From Acidimicrobiia bacterium (GTDB lineage Bacteria > Actinomycetota > Acidimicrobiia > Spongiisociales > ZC4RG35): DNA of 64,000 nucleotides. Positions 37,734 through 46,658 of the stretch are shown piece after piece. The DNA lies in assembly GCA_036373995.1 (NCBI GenBank), contig DASUUP010000373.1, positions 6,488-70,487 of the forward strand, given 5' to 3'. The number at the start of each line of letters is the position of its first letter. Position 1 is the first letter of the stretch. Both the position numbers and the translations under genes were made by a program. A model generated the notes under the pieces. That model did not search any database. It worked only from the letters and a program-made list of their open reading frames with translations, and had not been told where the DNA came from.

Positions 37734-38741
37734 ATGCCTACTTGGGTCGTAGATCTCTTCTCCAACTTCTGGGTCTCCCTCGGCGGGAAGCTCCTCCTGG
37801 TCGCGCTTCTGATTCCGCTCGTCGGGATGGTCATCGGGTTCGCCGAGATGAAGCTCTCGGCCAAGATGCAATACCGGGTCGGTCCCTACTTCGCCGGGGG
37901 GCGCTGGGGGTGGGCGCAGCTCATCGCCGACGGCGTGAAGTTCTTCCAGAAAGAGGACATCGTCCCCACCGACGCCGATCGACCCGTGTTCAAGTCGGCC
38001 CCGATACTCGTCCTGGTGGGAACGGTCGCACTCTTCGTGGTGATCCCGTTCGGGCCGAACCTCATCTTCCGGGATCTCGACGTCGGCATCTTCTACGCAC
38101 TGGCGATCTCATCACTCAGCACCATCGGTGTGCTGATGGCGGGATGGTCATCCGCCAACAAGTACTCGCTGATAGGGGGTCTGCGCGCCGCGGGACAGCT
38201 CATCGCCTACGAACTCCCACTGGTCCTGGCCGCAGTAGGCCCCGTCATCCTCGCCGGCACCATGAGCCTGCAGGGCATCGTCCAGGCCCAGGTCGACGCC
38301 GGAATCCCCTACATCCTCTTCCAGGTCGTCGCATTCGTGATCTTCATGATCGCCGCCCTCGCCGAGCTGACCCGAATCCCGTTCGACATGCCGATCGCCG
38401 AGTCCGAGTTGGTAATGGGGTACCTCACCGAGTACTCGGGCTTCAGGTTCTTGTTCTTCTTCCTCGCCGAATTCGCCAACATGTTCACCATGTCGGCCAT
38501 CGCCGTCACCCTCTTCCTGGGTGGGTGGTGGCTGCCCGGCATCCCGGAAGACACCCTCGAGTTCGCCGGCCCCATCATCCTCATCGGCAAGGTCTTCCTG
38601 TTGGTCTTCGCCATGATCTGGTTCCGGTGGACCTTCCCGCGGTTCCGTGAGGACCAACTGCAGGGCCTCGCCTGGAAGTGGCTGGTCCCGTTGGCATTGA
38701 TAAACATCGCCGCTACTGCAACGTTGAAGGTGATTTTCTGA
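37734..38741 (+). CDS. nuoH2: complex-I subunit H paralog
   Basis: Start set at ATG 37734 (MPTWVVDLF..); conserved ...[15 protein letters not shown]..., ...[25 protein letters not shown]; alternative ATG 37569 would add a 55-aa non-conserved N-terminus. Confidence 0.8.
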   Translation: MPTWVVDLFSNFWVSLGGKLLLVALLIPLVGMVIGFAEMKLSAKMQYRVGPYFAGGRWGWAQLIADGVKFFQKEDIVPTDADRPVFKSAPILVLVGTVALFVVIPFGPNLIFRDLDVGIFYALAISSLSTIGVLMAGWSSANKYSLIGGLRAAGQLIAYELPLVLAAVGPVILAGTMSLQGIVQAQVDAGIPYILFQVVAFVIFMIAALAELTRIPFDMPIAESELVMGYLTEYSGFRFLFFFLAEFANMFTMSAIAVTLFLGGWWLPGIPEDTLEFAGPIILIGKVFLLVFAMIWFRWTFPRFREDQLQGLAWKWLVPLALINIAATATLKVIF

Positions 38742-39250
38742 TGACTACGAACGGGAGAGAGAACGGAGGGCGCGCGATTCCTGGTCTCGGGATGGTCAAG
38801 GGTCTGGGCGTGACCCTCTCTGCGATGTTCAAGACCATCTTCCTGCCCGGCAAGCACCTGGCCACCGTCAACTATCCCAAGGTGAAGGAGACCCCTGTCC
38901 CGCGCGCTCGCGGCGTCATCGCCCTCGACCAGGAGGCGTGCACCGTCTGCATGCTGTGTGCCCGAAACTGCCCAGACTGGTGTATCTACATCGAGGGCCA
39001 CAAGGAGGAGATCCCGCCCGAACAGCCCGGTGGGCGTGTCAAGGTGCGGGCCAAGCTCGATCGGTTCGACATCGACTACGCCCTGTGCATGTATTGCGGC
39101 ATCTGTGTCGAGGTGTGCCCGTTCGATGCTCTCTTCTGGAGCCCCGAGTACGAGTACTCCGAGGCGCACATGGGCGACATGATGCACGACATGGATCGTC
39201 TTCAGGATTGGCTGCAGACGGTTCCCGAGCCGCCGGCGCTCGAGAAATGA
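38741..39250 (+). CDS. nuoI2: complex-I subunit I paralog (2x[4Fe-4S])
   Basis: ATG 38741 overlaps nuoH2 TGA; [12 protein letters not shown] and [12 protein letters not shown] motifs; track ORF 38678 over-extended. Confidence 0.85.
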   Translation: MTTNGRENGGRAIPGLGMVKGLGVTLSAMFKTIFLPGKHLATVNYPKVKETPVPRARGVIALDQEACTVCMLCARNCPDWCIYIEGHKEEIPPEQPGGRVKVRAKLDRFDIDYALCMYCGICVEVCPFDALFWSPEYEYSEAHMGDMMHDMDRLQDWLQTVPEPPALEK

Positions 39251-39302
39251 TGGCCATGTCGATGGCCGGCCATGGTTTCCGGCCCTTTGAGAGGCTCGGG
39301 TC

Positions 39303-39854
39303 GTGAGCTTTGTCGACTGGATCTCTGAGCCCGTCAACTGGGTTTTCGTCGCCCTCGGTCTGATCGTCCTGGGGGCGGGTTTTCGCGTGGTGACCGCCAG
39401 GAATTTGGTCCACGCCGCCTTGTCTCTCGTGGGCGCCCTCGCGGGCACCGCCGGGCTGTTCTTGCTTCTCTCAGCCGAATTCGTGGCTTGGGTCCTCGTG
39501 CTTGTCTACATCGGCGCCGTGATCGTCCTGTTCCTCTTCGGGATCATGATCACCCGTGCCCCAACGGGTCTCGACGAGGGCCTCGACTCGGATCAGAGGG
39601 CGTGGCCCGCGCTGCTCTCCGTCGCCGTCTTCGTGGTGATGGCCTGGACCAGCATCGAAGCGTTTGGCTCCGACGAGGTGGTGACGACCGGCTCGCCCAC
39701 GCCGACGGATCTGCTCGGCGAGTCGTTGCTGGGTCGGTTCGTCATCCCGTTCGAAGTGGTGTCCTTCGTGTTGCTGGCTGCTCTGATCGGCGGGATCACG
39801 ATCGCCCGACGTGACCTCACGCCTCTCGAAGAAGAAGAGCGAGCGGCCGTATGA
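39303..39854 (+). CDS. nuoJ2: complex-I subunit J paralog
   Basis: 183 aa; GTG start; NuoJ-like TM pattern. Confidence 0.8.
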   Translation: MSFVDWISEPVNWVFVALGLIVLGAGFRVVTARNLVHAALSLVGALAGTAGLFLLLSAEFVAWVLVLVYIGAVIVLFLFGIMITRAPTGLDEGLDSDQRAWPALLSVAVFVVMAWTSIEAFGSDEVVTTGSPTPTDLLGESLLGRFVIPFEVVSFVLLAALIGGITIARRDLTPLEEEERAAV

Positions 39855-39870
39855 CTGTCAACTTCGCAGA

Positions 39871-40188
39871 TTGGCGACGGTCGTGATCGTCAATCAGTTC
39901 CTCGTCGTGGCCGCCGCCCTGTTCTCGATGGGGGTCTACGGCCTCCTGGTGCGGCGCAACATCGTGCTGATCCTGCTCTCGGTCGAGTTGATGCTCAACG
40001 CGGTGAACATCAACCTCATCGCGTTCGAGGCGATGTTGAACACTCCCCAGGCGATCGGTCAGGTCTTCTCGATCTTCGTCATCACGGTTGCCGCCGCCGA
40101 GGTTGGCATCGGTCTGGCCATCGTCCTGCTCATATTCCGCAACCGTCGCTCGGCCAATGTCGACGAGCTCAACCTGATGCGATGGTAG
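39871..40188 (+). CDS. nuoK2: complex-I subunit K paralog
   Basis: TTG 39871 or GTG 39883 start after nuoJ2 stop (39854); conserved LVRRNIVLILLSVELMLNAVNINLIAF; track ORF 39811 over-extended. Confidence 0.75.
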   Translation: MATVVIVNQFLVVAAALFSMGVYGLLVRRNIVLILLSVELMLNAVNINLIAFEAMLNTPQAIGQVFSIFVITVAAAEVGIGLAIVLLIFRNRRSANVDELNLMRW

Positions 40189-40216
40189 GGCTAGCTGCGC
40201 TCGCTGGAGGTTCGTC

Positions 40217-42256
40217 ATGTCGAACCTCCTGATCCTTGCCGCCGAGGAGGGCGAGCATGTCATCGGGGCCGGCACTGGCGGTTTCTGGGGTGACACCGCG
40301 TGGATCATGCTCGTCAGCCCGCTCATTGCCTTCCTCGCCATCCTCGCGTTCGGTAAGCGTCTCAAGAACCAGGGTGGCGAGATCGCTGTAGCCGTCTTGG
40401 CCATAAACCTGTTGTGGGCGACCGCACTCTTCATCCTCAACATGACCGAAGGCGTTCTCGACGCCAGCCACACCTTCGAGATCGCCCGCATCGGTAGCGA
40501 CATCGTCTTCGAGCTGGGGTGGATGCTCGACGGCCTGTCGATCATGATGTACTTCCTGGTCAACCTCGTCGGCCTATTGGTGTTCATCTACGCCCTGGGC
40601 TACATGCGCGGAGACGTCAGGGTCCCGTGGTTCTTCGCCGCCTTCTCCCTCTTCGCCGGGGCCATGCTCATCCTGGTCGGCGCCCCGAACCTGGTTCAGC
40701 TCATCATCGGATGGGAGGGAGTGGGTCTCGCCAGCTACTTCCTGATCGGCTTCTACTGGGATGACCTGGACAACGTGAAGGCGGGCAACAAGGCGTTCAT
40801 GACGAACAAGGTGGCCGACGTCGGCCTGATCCTCGGTGCGATCATCATCGGGGTCACCCTCGGCTCGTTCGACTTCGCCACCCTCGACCTGGCCGCCATC
40901 GAGCACAACGAGGCACTGGCCGGGGTCGCCCTCGCCGGTGGGCTCCTGCTCTTCTTGGGGGCCATGGGCAAGAGCGCCCAGTTCCCCTTCCACATCTGGC
41001 TGCCCGACGCCATGGCCGGCCCCACACCGGTCTCGGCCCTGATGCACGCCGCCACGATGGTGACGGCCGGCGTCTACCTGATGGCCCGCACGTTCCCGCT
41101 GTACGAGAACTTCCTCGTCGAGAACGCCCGGCCCCTGATGGTGGCCATTGGAGCGATCACTCTGCTTGGGATCGGCCTGTTGGCCCTCGTGGCCAACGAC
41201 ATCAAGAAGGTCCTCGCCTACTCGACAGTCTCTCAGCTCGGTTACATGATGACCGCGGTCGCCGCCGGCGGTTACACGGCCGGGCTGTTCCACCTCTTCA
41301 CCCACGCCTTCTTCAAGGCCTTGTTGTTCCTGGCGGCCGGTTCGGTGATCCACGCCGTCCACTCCAACAACATGACCGACATGGGAGGCCTGAGGAAGTC
41401 CATGCCGACGACCTTTTGGACGTTCGTCATCGGGTCGGCTGCGCTCGCCGGGATCTTCCCGTTGGCCGGCTTCTGGTCGAAAGACGAGATCCTGGCCACG
41501 CTCGACTTCGAGGGTTATCAGATCGTGATGTGGATCGCCATCGCAGGCGCCTTCGTCACAGCCTTCTACATGACACGCTGTGTCGCCCTCACGTTCTTCG
41601 GCGACTACAAGGGTGATGCCCAACCCCACGAGTCGCCCCGGATCATGACCGGCCCCCTGATCGGGCTCGCCATTCCGTCCGTACTGTTCGGTCTGGTCAA
41701 CATCCCCGGCATCGACTGGCCCGGAATTCAGAACTTCACGGCCTGGTTGGGGGTTCGTGTCGTTGGCATGGGTGACCACCACGCCGAGTCGATCGACATC
41801 GTCCTGGCCATCATCGGGTCGGTGGCGGCCATCCTCGGGGTCGTCGTCGGTTGGATGATCTGGGGTCGGGACCGGGACACCCAAGAAGCACGTGACAGGT
41901 TCAATGTGCCCGGGCTCTATCCGCTGCTGCACCACAAGTACTACGTGGACGATGCCGCCCTGGGCATGGTCGGCGCCACGACCGGGCCGATCGCCAGGTT
42001 CGTCGATTGGACCAACACATACATCTTGGATGGCATCGTCAACGCCGTTGGCGGGGCCACCAAGTGGCTCGGTGGCCTGGTCTACAACGGTCTGGATCAA
42101 CTCGGGGTGGACGGCGTCTTCAACGGTTTGTCGGCGGTGGCAGACAGCACCGGATCGAGTCTGCGCAGACTGCAGACCGGTCGGGTGCAGCAGTACGCAT
42201 CGGGCTTCGTGGCCGGTGTGGTGATACTCGTCGCTGTGTTCGTGTTCGTGTTTTGA
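40217..42256 (+). CDS. nuoL2: complex-I subunit L paralog
   Basis: 679 aa; GGAGG RBS 40206-40210; WLPDAMAGPTPVSALMHAATMVTAGVYL. Confidence 0.85.
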   Translation: MSNLLILAAEEGEHVIGAGTGGFWGDTAWIMLVSPLIAFLAILAFGKRLKNQGGEIAVAVLAINLLWATALFILNMTEGVLDASHTFEIARIGSDIVFELGWMLDGLSIMMYFLVNLVGLLVFIYALGYMRGDVRVPWFFAAFSLFAGAMLILVGAPNLVQLIIGWEGVGLASYFLIGFYWDDLDNVKAGNKAFMTNKVADVGLILGAIIIGVTLGSFDFATLDLAAIEHNEALAGVALAGGLLLFLGAMGKSAQFPFHIWLPDAMAGPTPVSALMHAATMVTAGVYLMARTFPLYENFLVENARPLMVAIGAITLLGIGLLALVANDIKKVLAYSTVSQLGYMMTAVAAGGYTAGLFHLFTHAFFKALLFLAAGSVIHAVHSNNMTDMGGLRKSMPTTFWTFVIGSAALAGIFPLAGFWSKDEILATLDFEGYQIVMWIAIAGAFVTAFYMTRCVALTFFGDYKGDAQPHESPRIMTGPLIGLAIPSVLFGLVNIPGIDWPGIQNFTAWLGVRVVGMGDHHAESIDIVLAIIGSVAAILGVVVGWMIWGRDRDTQEARDRFNVPGLYPLLHHKYYVDDAALGMVGATTGPIARFVDWTNTYILDGIVNAVGGATKWLGGLVYNGLDQLGVDGVFNGLSAVADSTGSSLRRLQTGRVQQYASGFVAGVVILVAVFVFVF

Positions 42257-42281
42257 GGTCGAGTAAGGAAGGCTGAAAACG

Positions 42282-43910
42282 ATGGAATGGTTCGAGACCT
42301 GGGGATTGACCCTCACCGTCTTCTTGCCCGTGGTGGGCGCGGTGCTCCTCGGGTTCATCAACAAAGAGAACGAAGATGCGCTGAAGCGCACGGCGCTGAC
42401 GTTCACCGTCCTCGCTTTCCTCGCCTCGGTCGGCGTCGTCGTCGGGTTCGACTTCGGCGGAGGCGCCTACAACACGTATCAGTACGAGGTCAACGAGACC
42501 TGGATCGGGGCGATCGACTCCAACTACCACGTCGGCGTCGACGGCATCAGCCTCCCGCTCCTGGTCCTCTCCACGTTCGTGATGGTCCTCGCGGTCATCT
42601 ACTCGTGGAACCACTGGGACGAGCCGAAGAACCCCAAGGCCTTCCTCATCCTGATGCTGATCCTGGCGACCGGGATGAACGGCACCTTCGTCGCTCTCGA
42701 CCTGGTGCTCTTCTTCATCTTCTTCGAGATAGTCCTGTTGCCGATGTACTTCATGATCGGGATTTGGGGAGACAAGTCGCCCCGCAAGGTGCCCGGCTTC
42801 TCCAAAGTCTTCGAGACCCGGCTCTACGCGGCGATCAAGTTCTTCCTGTTCACCCTGTTCGGCTCGGCCTTCATGCTGCTCGGCTTCCTGGCGCTCTACT
42901 TCGAGTCGGGCTCGTCGAGCTTCGGCCGCACCTTCGACATTCCACAGCTCACGGAGCTCGGCTCGCAGGGGTTCTTCGCCAATCCCACGTTCGCCTTCTT
43001 CGTCTTCGGGGCGATGTTCCTCGGGTTCGCGGTGAAGGTCCCCATGTTCCCGCTCCACACCTGGTTGCCCGACGCCCACACTGCGGCGCCGACCGTGGGC
43101 TCGGTTCTCCTGGCCGCGATCCTGCTGAAGCTGGGCTCGTATGGGTTCATAAGGATCTCGCTGCCGATACTCCCTGACGAAGCGAGGAACTGGGCTCCAT
43201 TCATAGCCATCCTCGCCGTCATCGGGATCATCTACGGCTCGCTCGCCTGCCTGGCACAGACGGACATGAAACGCCTCATCGCGTTCTCCTCGGTTGGCCA
43301 CATGGGTTTCGTCATGCTCGGGATAGCCACCCTGACCGACATTGGGATCAACGCTGCGGTTATCGGGATGGTCGCCCATGGCTTGATCACGGGTCTGCTC
43401 TTCTTCCTCGCCGGGTCGATGTCGCATCGCTATCACACGAGGGAGATGGCGCGCCTCGGTGGCAATATCAAGCTGATGCCGGTGATGGGCGGGATCCTCG
43501 CGTTCACCGCCATGGCGTCACTGGGTCTACCCGGCCTGGCCGGGTTCTGGGGTGAGTTCATGTCGCTGGTGGCCGCGTACAACCCCCTCGACGGCCTGTC
43601 CCTCGGCGTCTTCCGAACTGGCATGGTGCTGGGCGCTGTGGGCACTGTCCTGACCGCCGGCTACATGCTTTGGATGCTGCAGCGAGTCAACCTCGGGGAG
43701 CCCAGCGCAGAATGGGAGGGCCATGAGCTCCACGACGTCGACCGGTTCGAGCTCACCGCCTGGGTACCCCTGATCATCCTGATCGTCGTCATCGGCTTCT
43801 ACCCGAAGGTGATCTTCGACACGACCACCGATGCCGTGACGTCGCTCGTCGAGATGGCGTTTGGTGGCGACACGACTGCATCGATCACTTCGGTCGTGAA
43901 AGGCAGCTAG
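42282..43910 (+). CDS. nuoM2: complex-I subunit M paralog
   Basis: 542 aa; AAGGAAGG RBS; FPLHTWLPDAHTAAPTVGSVLLAAILLKLGSYG. Confidence 0.85.
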   Translation: MEWFETWGLTLTVFLPVVGAVLLGFINKENEDALKRTALTFTVLAFLASVGVVVGFDFGGGAYNTYQYEVNETWIGAIDSNYHVGVDGISLPLLVLSTFVMVLAVIYSWNHWDEPKNPKAFLILMLILATGMNGTFVALDLVLFFIFFEIVLLPMYFMIGIWGDKSPRKVPGFSKVFETRLYAAIKFFLFTLFGSAFMLLGFLALYFESGSSSFGRTFDIPQLTELGSQGFFANPTFAFFVFGAMFLGFAVKVPMFPLHTWLPDAHTAAPTVGSVLLAAILLKLGSYGFIRISLPILPDEARNWAPFIAILAVIGIIYGSLACLAQTDMKRLIAFSSVGHMGFVMLGIATLTDIGINAAVIGMVAHGLITGLLFFLAGSMSHRYHTREMARLGGNIKLMPVMGGILAFTAMASLGLPGLAGFWGEFMSLVAAYNPLDGLSLGVFRTGMVLGAVGTVLTAGYMLWMLQRVNLGEPSAEWEGHELHDVDRFELTAWVPLIILIVVIGFYPKVIFDTTTDAVTSLVEMAFGGDTTASITSVVKGS

Positions 43911-43916
43911 ACCCGA

Positions 43917-45398
43917 ATGGGATACGAGATCGACTATCTGGCGCTCGCTCCCGAGCTGATCATCGTCGGCACGCTGATCCTGGTGCTGGTGCTCGATCTC
44001 ATCCTGCACCGCGAGAACAAGTACTGGACGGCCACCGTCGCCGTCGCCGGCACGGCCCTGGCGCTGATTCCTCTGGGAATGCTTGCGATCAACGGGGAGA
44101 CCATCTCGATGTTCGACGGCTCCTACGTCGTCGACGAGTTCGCCCTGGTGCTCAAAGGCCTGTTTCTCGTCGCTGCGTACATCGTCTTCCTGATGTCACA
44201 CCACTACATCGAGAGCGAGCGCTACTACCAGGGCGAGTACTACTTCCTGTTGCTCGCGTCGATTCTCGGGTCGTTGGTGATGGCCTCGGCTCGTGACCTG
44301 ATAGTCCTCTTCATCGGTCTCGAGCTCGTAACCGGCCCGCTCTACCTGCTCGCCGGGTGGCGCAAGGGTGACGTCAAGTCCAACGAAGCGTCGATGAAGT
44401 ACTTCATCCTCGGGGTGCTCTCGACCGCTCTGCTTCTGTACGGGATGTCGCTGCTGTTCGGTCTGACCGGCGAGGTCGGCTTCACCGAGATCGCCGCGGC
44501 CACGGCGAGTTTGTCCGCCGAGCCGGCGCTGGTGGTGTCGATCCTGTTCATGCTGGTCGGGTTTGGCTTCAAGGTCGCCGCCGTGCCGTTCCACTTCTGG
44601 GCGCCCGACACGTACGAGGGAGCGCCAACACCGATCACCGCCTACCTCTCGGTGAACTCGAAGGCGGCCGGGTTCGTGGCGATGCTCATCGTGATGTATC
44701 AAGCGCTTCCGGGAGCCTCCGACATCTGGGCTCCTGCGCTGTGGCTGCTCGCTGCCTTGTCGATGACCGTCGGGAACTTGTCGGCCCTCCGCCAGACCAA
44801 CATCGTTCGTCTGTTGGCCTATTCGTCGGTGGCCCAGGCCGGGTTCATGCTGGTCCCGTTCGCCGCGGCCGCCGTCGCCGACGCCAACCTGGAGGAGGCC
44901 TTCGGCGCCACCCTCATCTACCTGGTCATCTACGCCATCATGAACCTCGGTGCTTTCGCCGTGGTCATCGCAGGCGCCCGCAAGACCCAGACCGGCACCC
45001 TCGAAGGCTGGTCGGGTCTCGGTCGGGTCGACCCGATCCTCGGCGTCCTCACCGCGGTCTTCTTCTTCAGCCTGGCCGGCATCCCGCCACTTGCCGGCTG
45101 GTTCGCCAAGTTCGAGATGTTCCGCTCGGTGATGATCGCGGACCCGGCGACCATCGCTCTGGCAGTGATCGCGGCGGTCAACGCCGTCATCGCCTTCTAT
45201 TACTACGCCAAGGTGGTCAAGGCAGTCTGGCTCGACGACCCGGTCGGTGAGTTCGCCGATGAGGCGGCCGCGGCCCCGGCGGGCTCTCTCAGACTGGCGC
45301 TTGGTGTCGCCGTCGCCCTCACCGTCGCCATCGGGATCTACCCCAGCATCGCCACCTTCGTCCAGGACGCCGCTCAGGTCCTGGCCACCGGTGGCTAG
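43917..45398 (+). CDS. nuoN2: complex-I subunit N paralog
   Basis: 493 aa; FHFWAPDTYEGAPTP. Confidence 0.85.
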   Translation: MGYEIDYLALAPELIIVGTLILVLVLDLILHRENKYWTATVAVAGTALALIPLGMLAINGETISMFDGSYVVDEFALVLKGLFLVAAYIVFLMSHHYIESERYYQGEYYFLLLASILGSLVMASARDLIVLFIGLELVTGPLYLLAGWRKGDVKSNEASMKYFILGVLSTALLLYGMSLLFGLTGEVGFTEIAAATASLSAEPALVVSILFMLVGFGFKVAAVPFHFWAPDTYEGAPTPITAYLSVNSKAAGFVAMLIVMYQALPGASDIWAPALWLLAALSMTVGNLSALRQTNIVRLLAYSSVAQAGFMLVPFAAAAVADANLEEAFGATLIYLVIYAIMNLGAFAVVIAGARKTQTGTLEGWSGLGRVDPILGVLTAVFFFSLAGIPPLAGWFAKFEMFRSVMIADPATIALAVIAAVNAVIAFYYYAKVVKAVWLDDPVGEFADEAAAAPAGSLRLALGVAVALTVAIGIYPSIATFVQDAAQVLATGG

Positions 45399-45425
45399 CC
45401 GCCTGGTCCTCACCACCTCCGGTTG

Positions 45426-46046
45426 TCAGCCTCGGGCTGCGCGGCTCCTTCGCGATGCCCGGTACTCACGGTCGAGGAGGGACCAGAGCGAGTGGTCGAC
45501 CCAGTTGCCGCGTATCAACAGCTCCTCTCTCAGGACACCTTCACGCGTGAACCCCAGCTTCTCGGCCACCCGGTCGGAGGCGTCGTTGCCCACGGCGATG
45601 CGCAAAACGATCTTGTGGTAACCCAGCGAGTTGAAGACCTCATCGAGAAGCAGGCCAACGGCTTCCGTGCAGACGCCTTGCCTGGTTTGACCCGATCGAA
45701 CCCAATAGCCGATCTCGGCGATCTTGCCCAGCTTGGACACGGTCCAGAACGAGATGTTGCCCACGTGTCGGCGTGGATCCTCGATGAGACGAATCGAATA
45801 GTCCCAGGCTCGCTCCTCCTTCCAGGCCTGGATCGACTCGCGGATGAAGGCGGTCGTGTCAGAAGATGTGTAGTCCATGCGAGCCCAAGGCAGCCACTGG
45901 TTGAGATCCCCCAATGACTCCCGGATGGCTTCGTCCAATGTCGTCGAGTCACGACGCGTGAAACGCTGCAGAATGATGCGTTCGCTCTCGATTCGTGGGC
46001 GGGGCACCGGGTCAGAGTACCTACGGTCTCTCCTCGGTCCAGCCAA
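45426..46046 (-). CDS. GNAT family N-acetyltransferase (RimJ/RimL-like)
   Basis: 206 aa; N-terminal ...SERIILQRFTRRD... and acetyl-CoA binding region (IGYWVRSGQTRQGVCTEAV) typical of RimL-type GNATs. Confidence 0.6.
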   Translation of the reverse strand: MAGPRRDRRYSDPVPRPRIESERIILQRFTRRDSTTLDEAIRESLGDLNQWLPWARMDYTSSDTTAFIRESIQAWKEERAWDYSIRLIEDPRRHVGNISFWTVSKLGKIAEIGYWVRSGQTRQGVCTEAVGLLLDEVFNSLGYHKIVLRIAVGNDASDRVAEKLGFTREGVLREELLIRGNWVDHSLWSLLDREYRASRRSRAARG

Positions 46047-46078
46047 GCCCGTGCCACGCCTTAACCTGCAGGTTGTCG

Positions 46079-46609
46079 ATGTGGGATCGCCTTCAACTCA
46101 ACGCTGAGTATCCCGAGCCGGACGGCCGGCCGATGGCCGCCGTCCTCGCCCCGCTGTACGAGGACGATCATGGTCGGGTCCGAGTCGTTCTCACCAAGCG
46201 CCCCGACACCATGCCGACTCATGCCGGGCACATCTCCTTCCCCGGCGGTAGACCCGACCCGGGCGACAACGGGCCGGTCCAGACCGCATTGCGCGAGGCA
46301 CACGAGGAGGTGGGCATCGAGGAGAGTCAGGTCGAGGTCCTCGGATTTCTCCCGCCCATCGACACTGTGGAGTTCAAGCTGATGGTGGTTCCCGTGGTGG
46401 GGCGGGTGTCGACACCGCTCGGTCTCGTTCCGTCCGAGCGCGAGGTTGCCAGGATCTACACGCCTCTCCTGAGTGAGCTCGCCGACCCGGAACGCTGGTG
46501 GCACGTCCCATGGGAAGGCTGGAAGGTCTGGTACTACGACCTCGAGGGAGACACCCTCTGGGGAGCGACGGCGCGAATGGTGCGTCAGTTGGTTGGCTTG
46601 GACGAATAG
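46079..46609 (+). CDS. NUDIX hydrolase (CoA pyrophosphatase-like)
   Basis: Nudix box GGRPDPGDNGPVQTALREAHEEVGI; start set at ATG 46079; antisense ORF 46061..46504 rejected. Confidence 0.65.
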   Translation: MWDRLQLNAEYPEPDGRPMAAVLAPLYEDDHGRVRVVLTKRPDTMPTHAGHISFPGGRPDPGDNGPVQTALREAHEEVGIEESQVEVLGFLPPIDTVEFKLMVVPVVGRVSTPLGLVPSEREVARIYTPLLSELADPERWWHVPWEGWKVWYYDLEGDTLWGATARMVRQLVGLDE

Positions 46610-46658
46610 GCCAAACGGCCCCTATCCGACCGACCCGGAGCTGACGAAACCCCTTCTG

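Noticed and set aside
34962-45398. Calling the second nuo cluster an F420H2 dehydrogenase (Fqo/Fpo)
   Set aside because: No fqoF/fpoF-like gene or F420-binding subunit is present in or next to the cluster; assignment left open
46061-46504. 147-aa minus-strand ORF
   Set aside because: Antisense to the NUDIX hydrolase gene, no motif support
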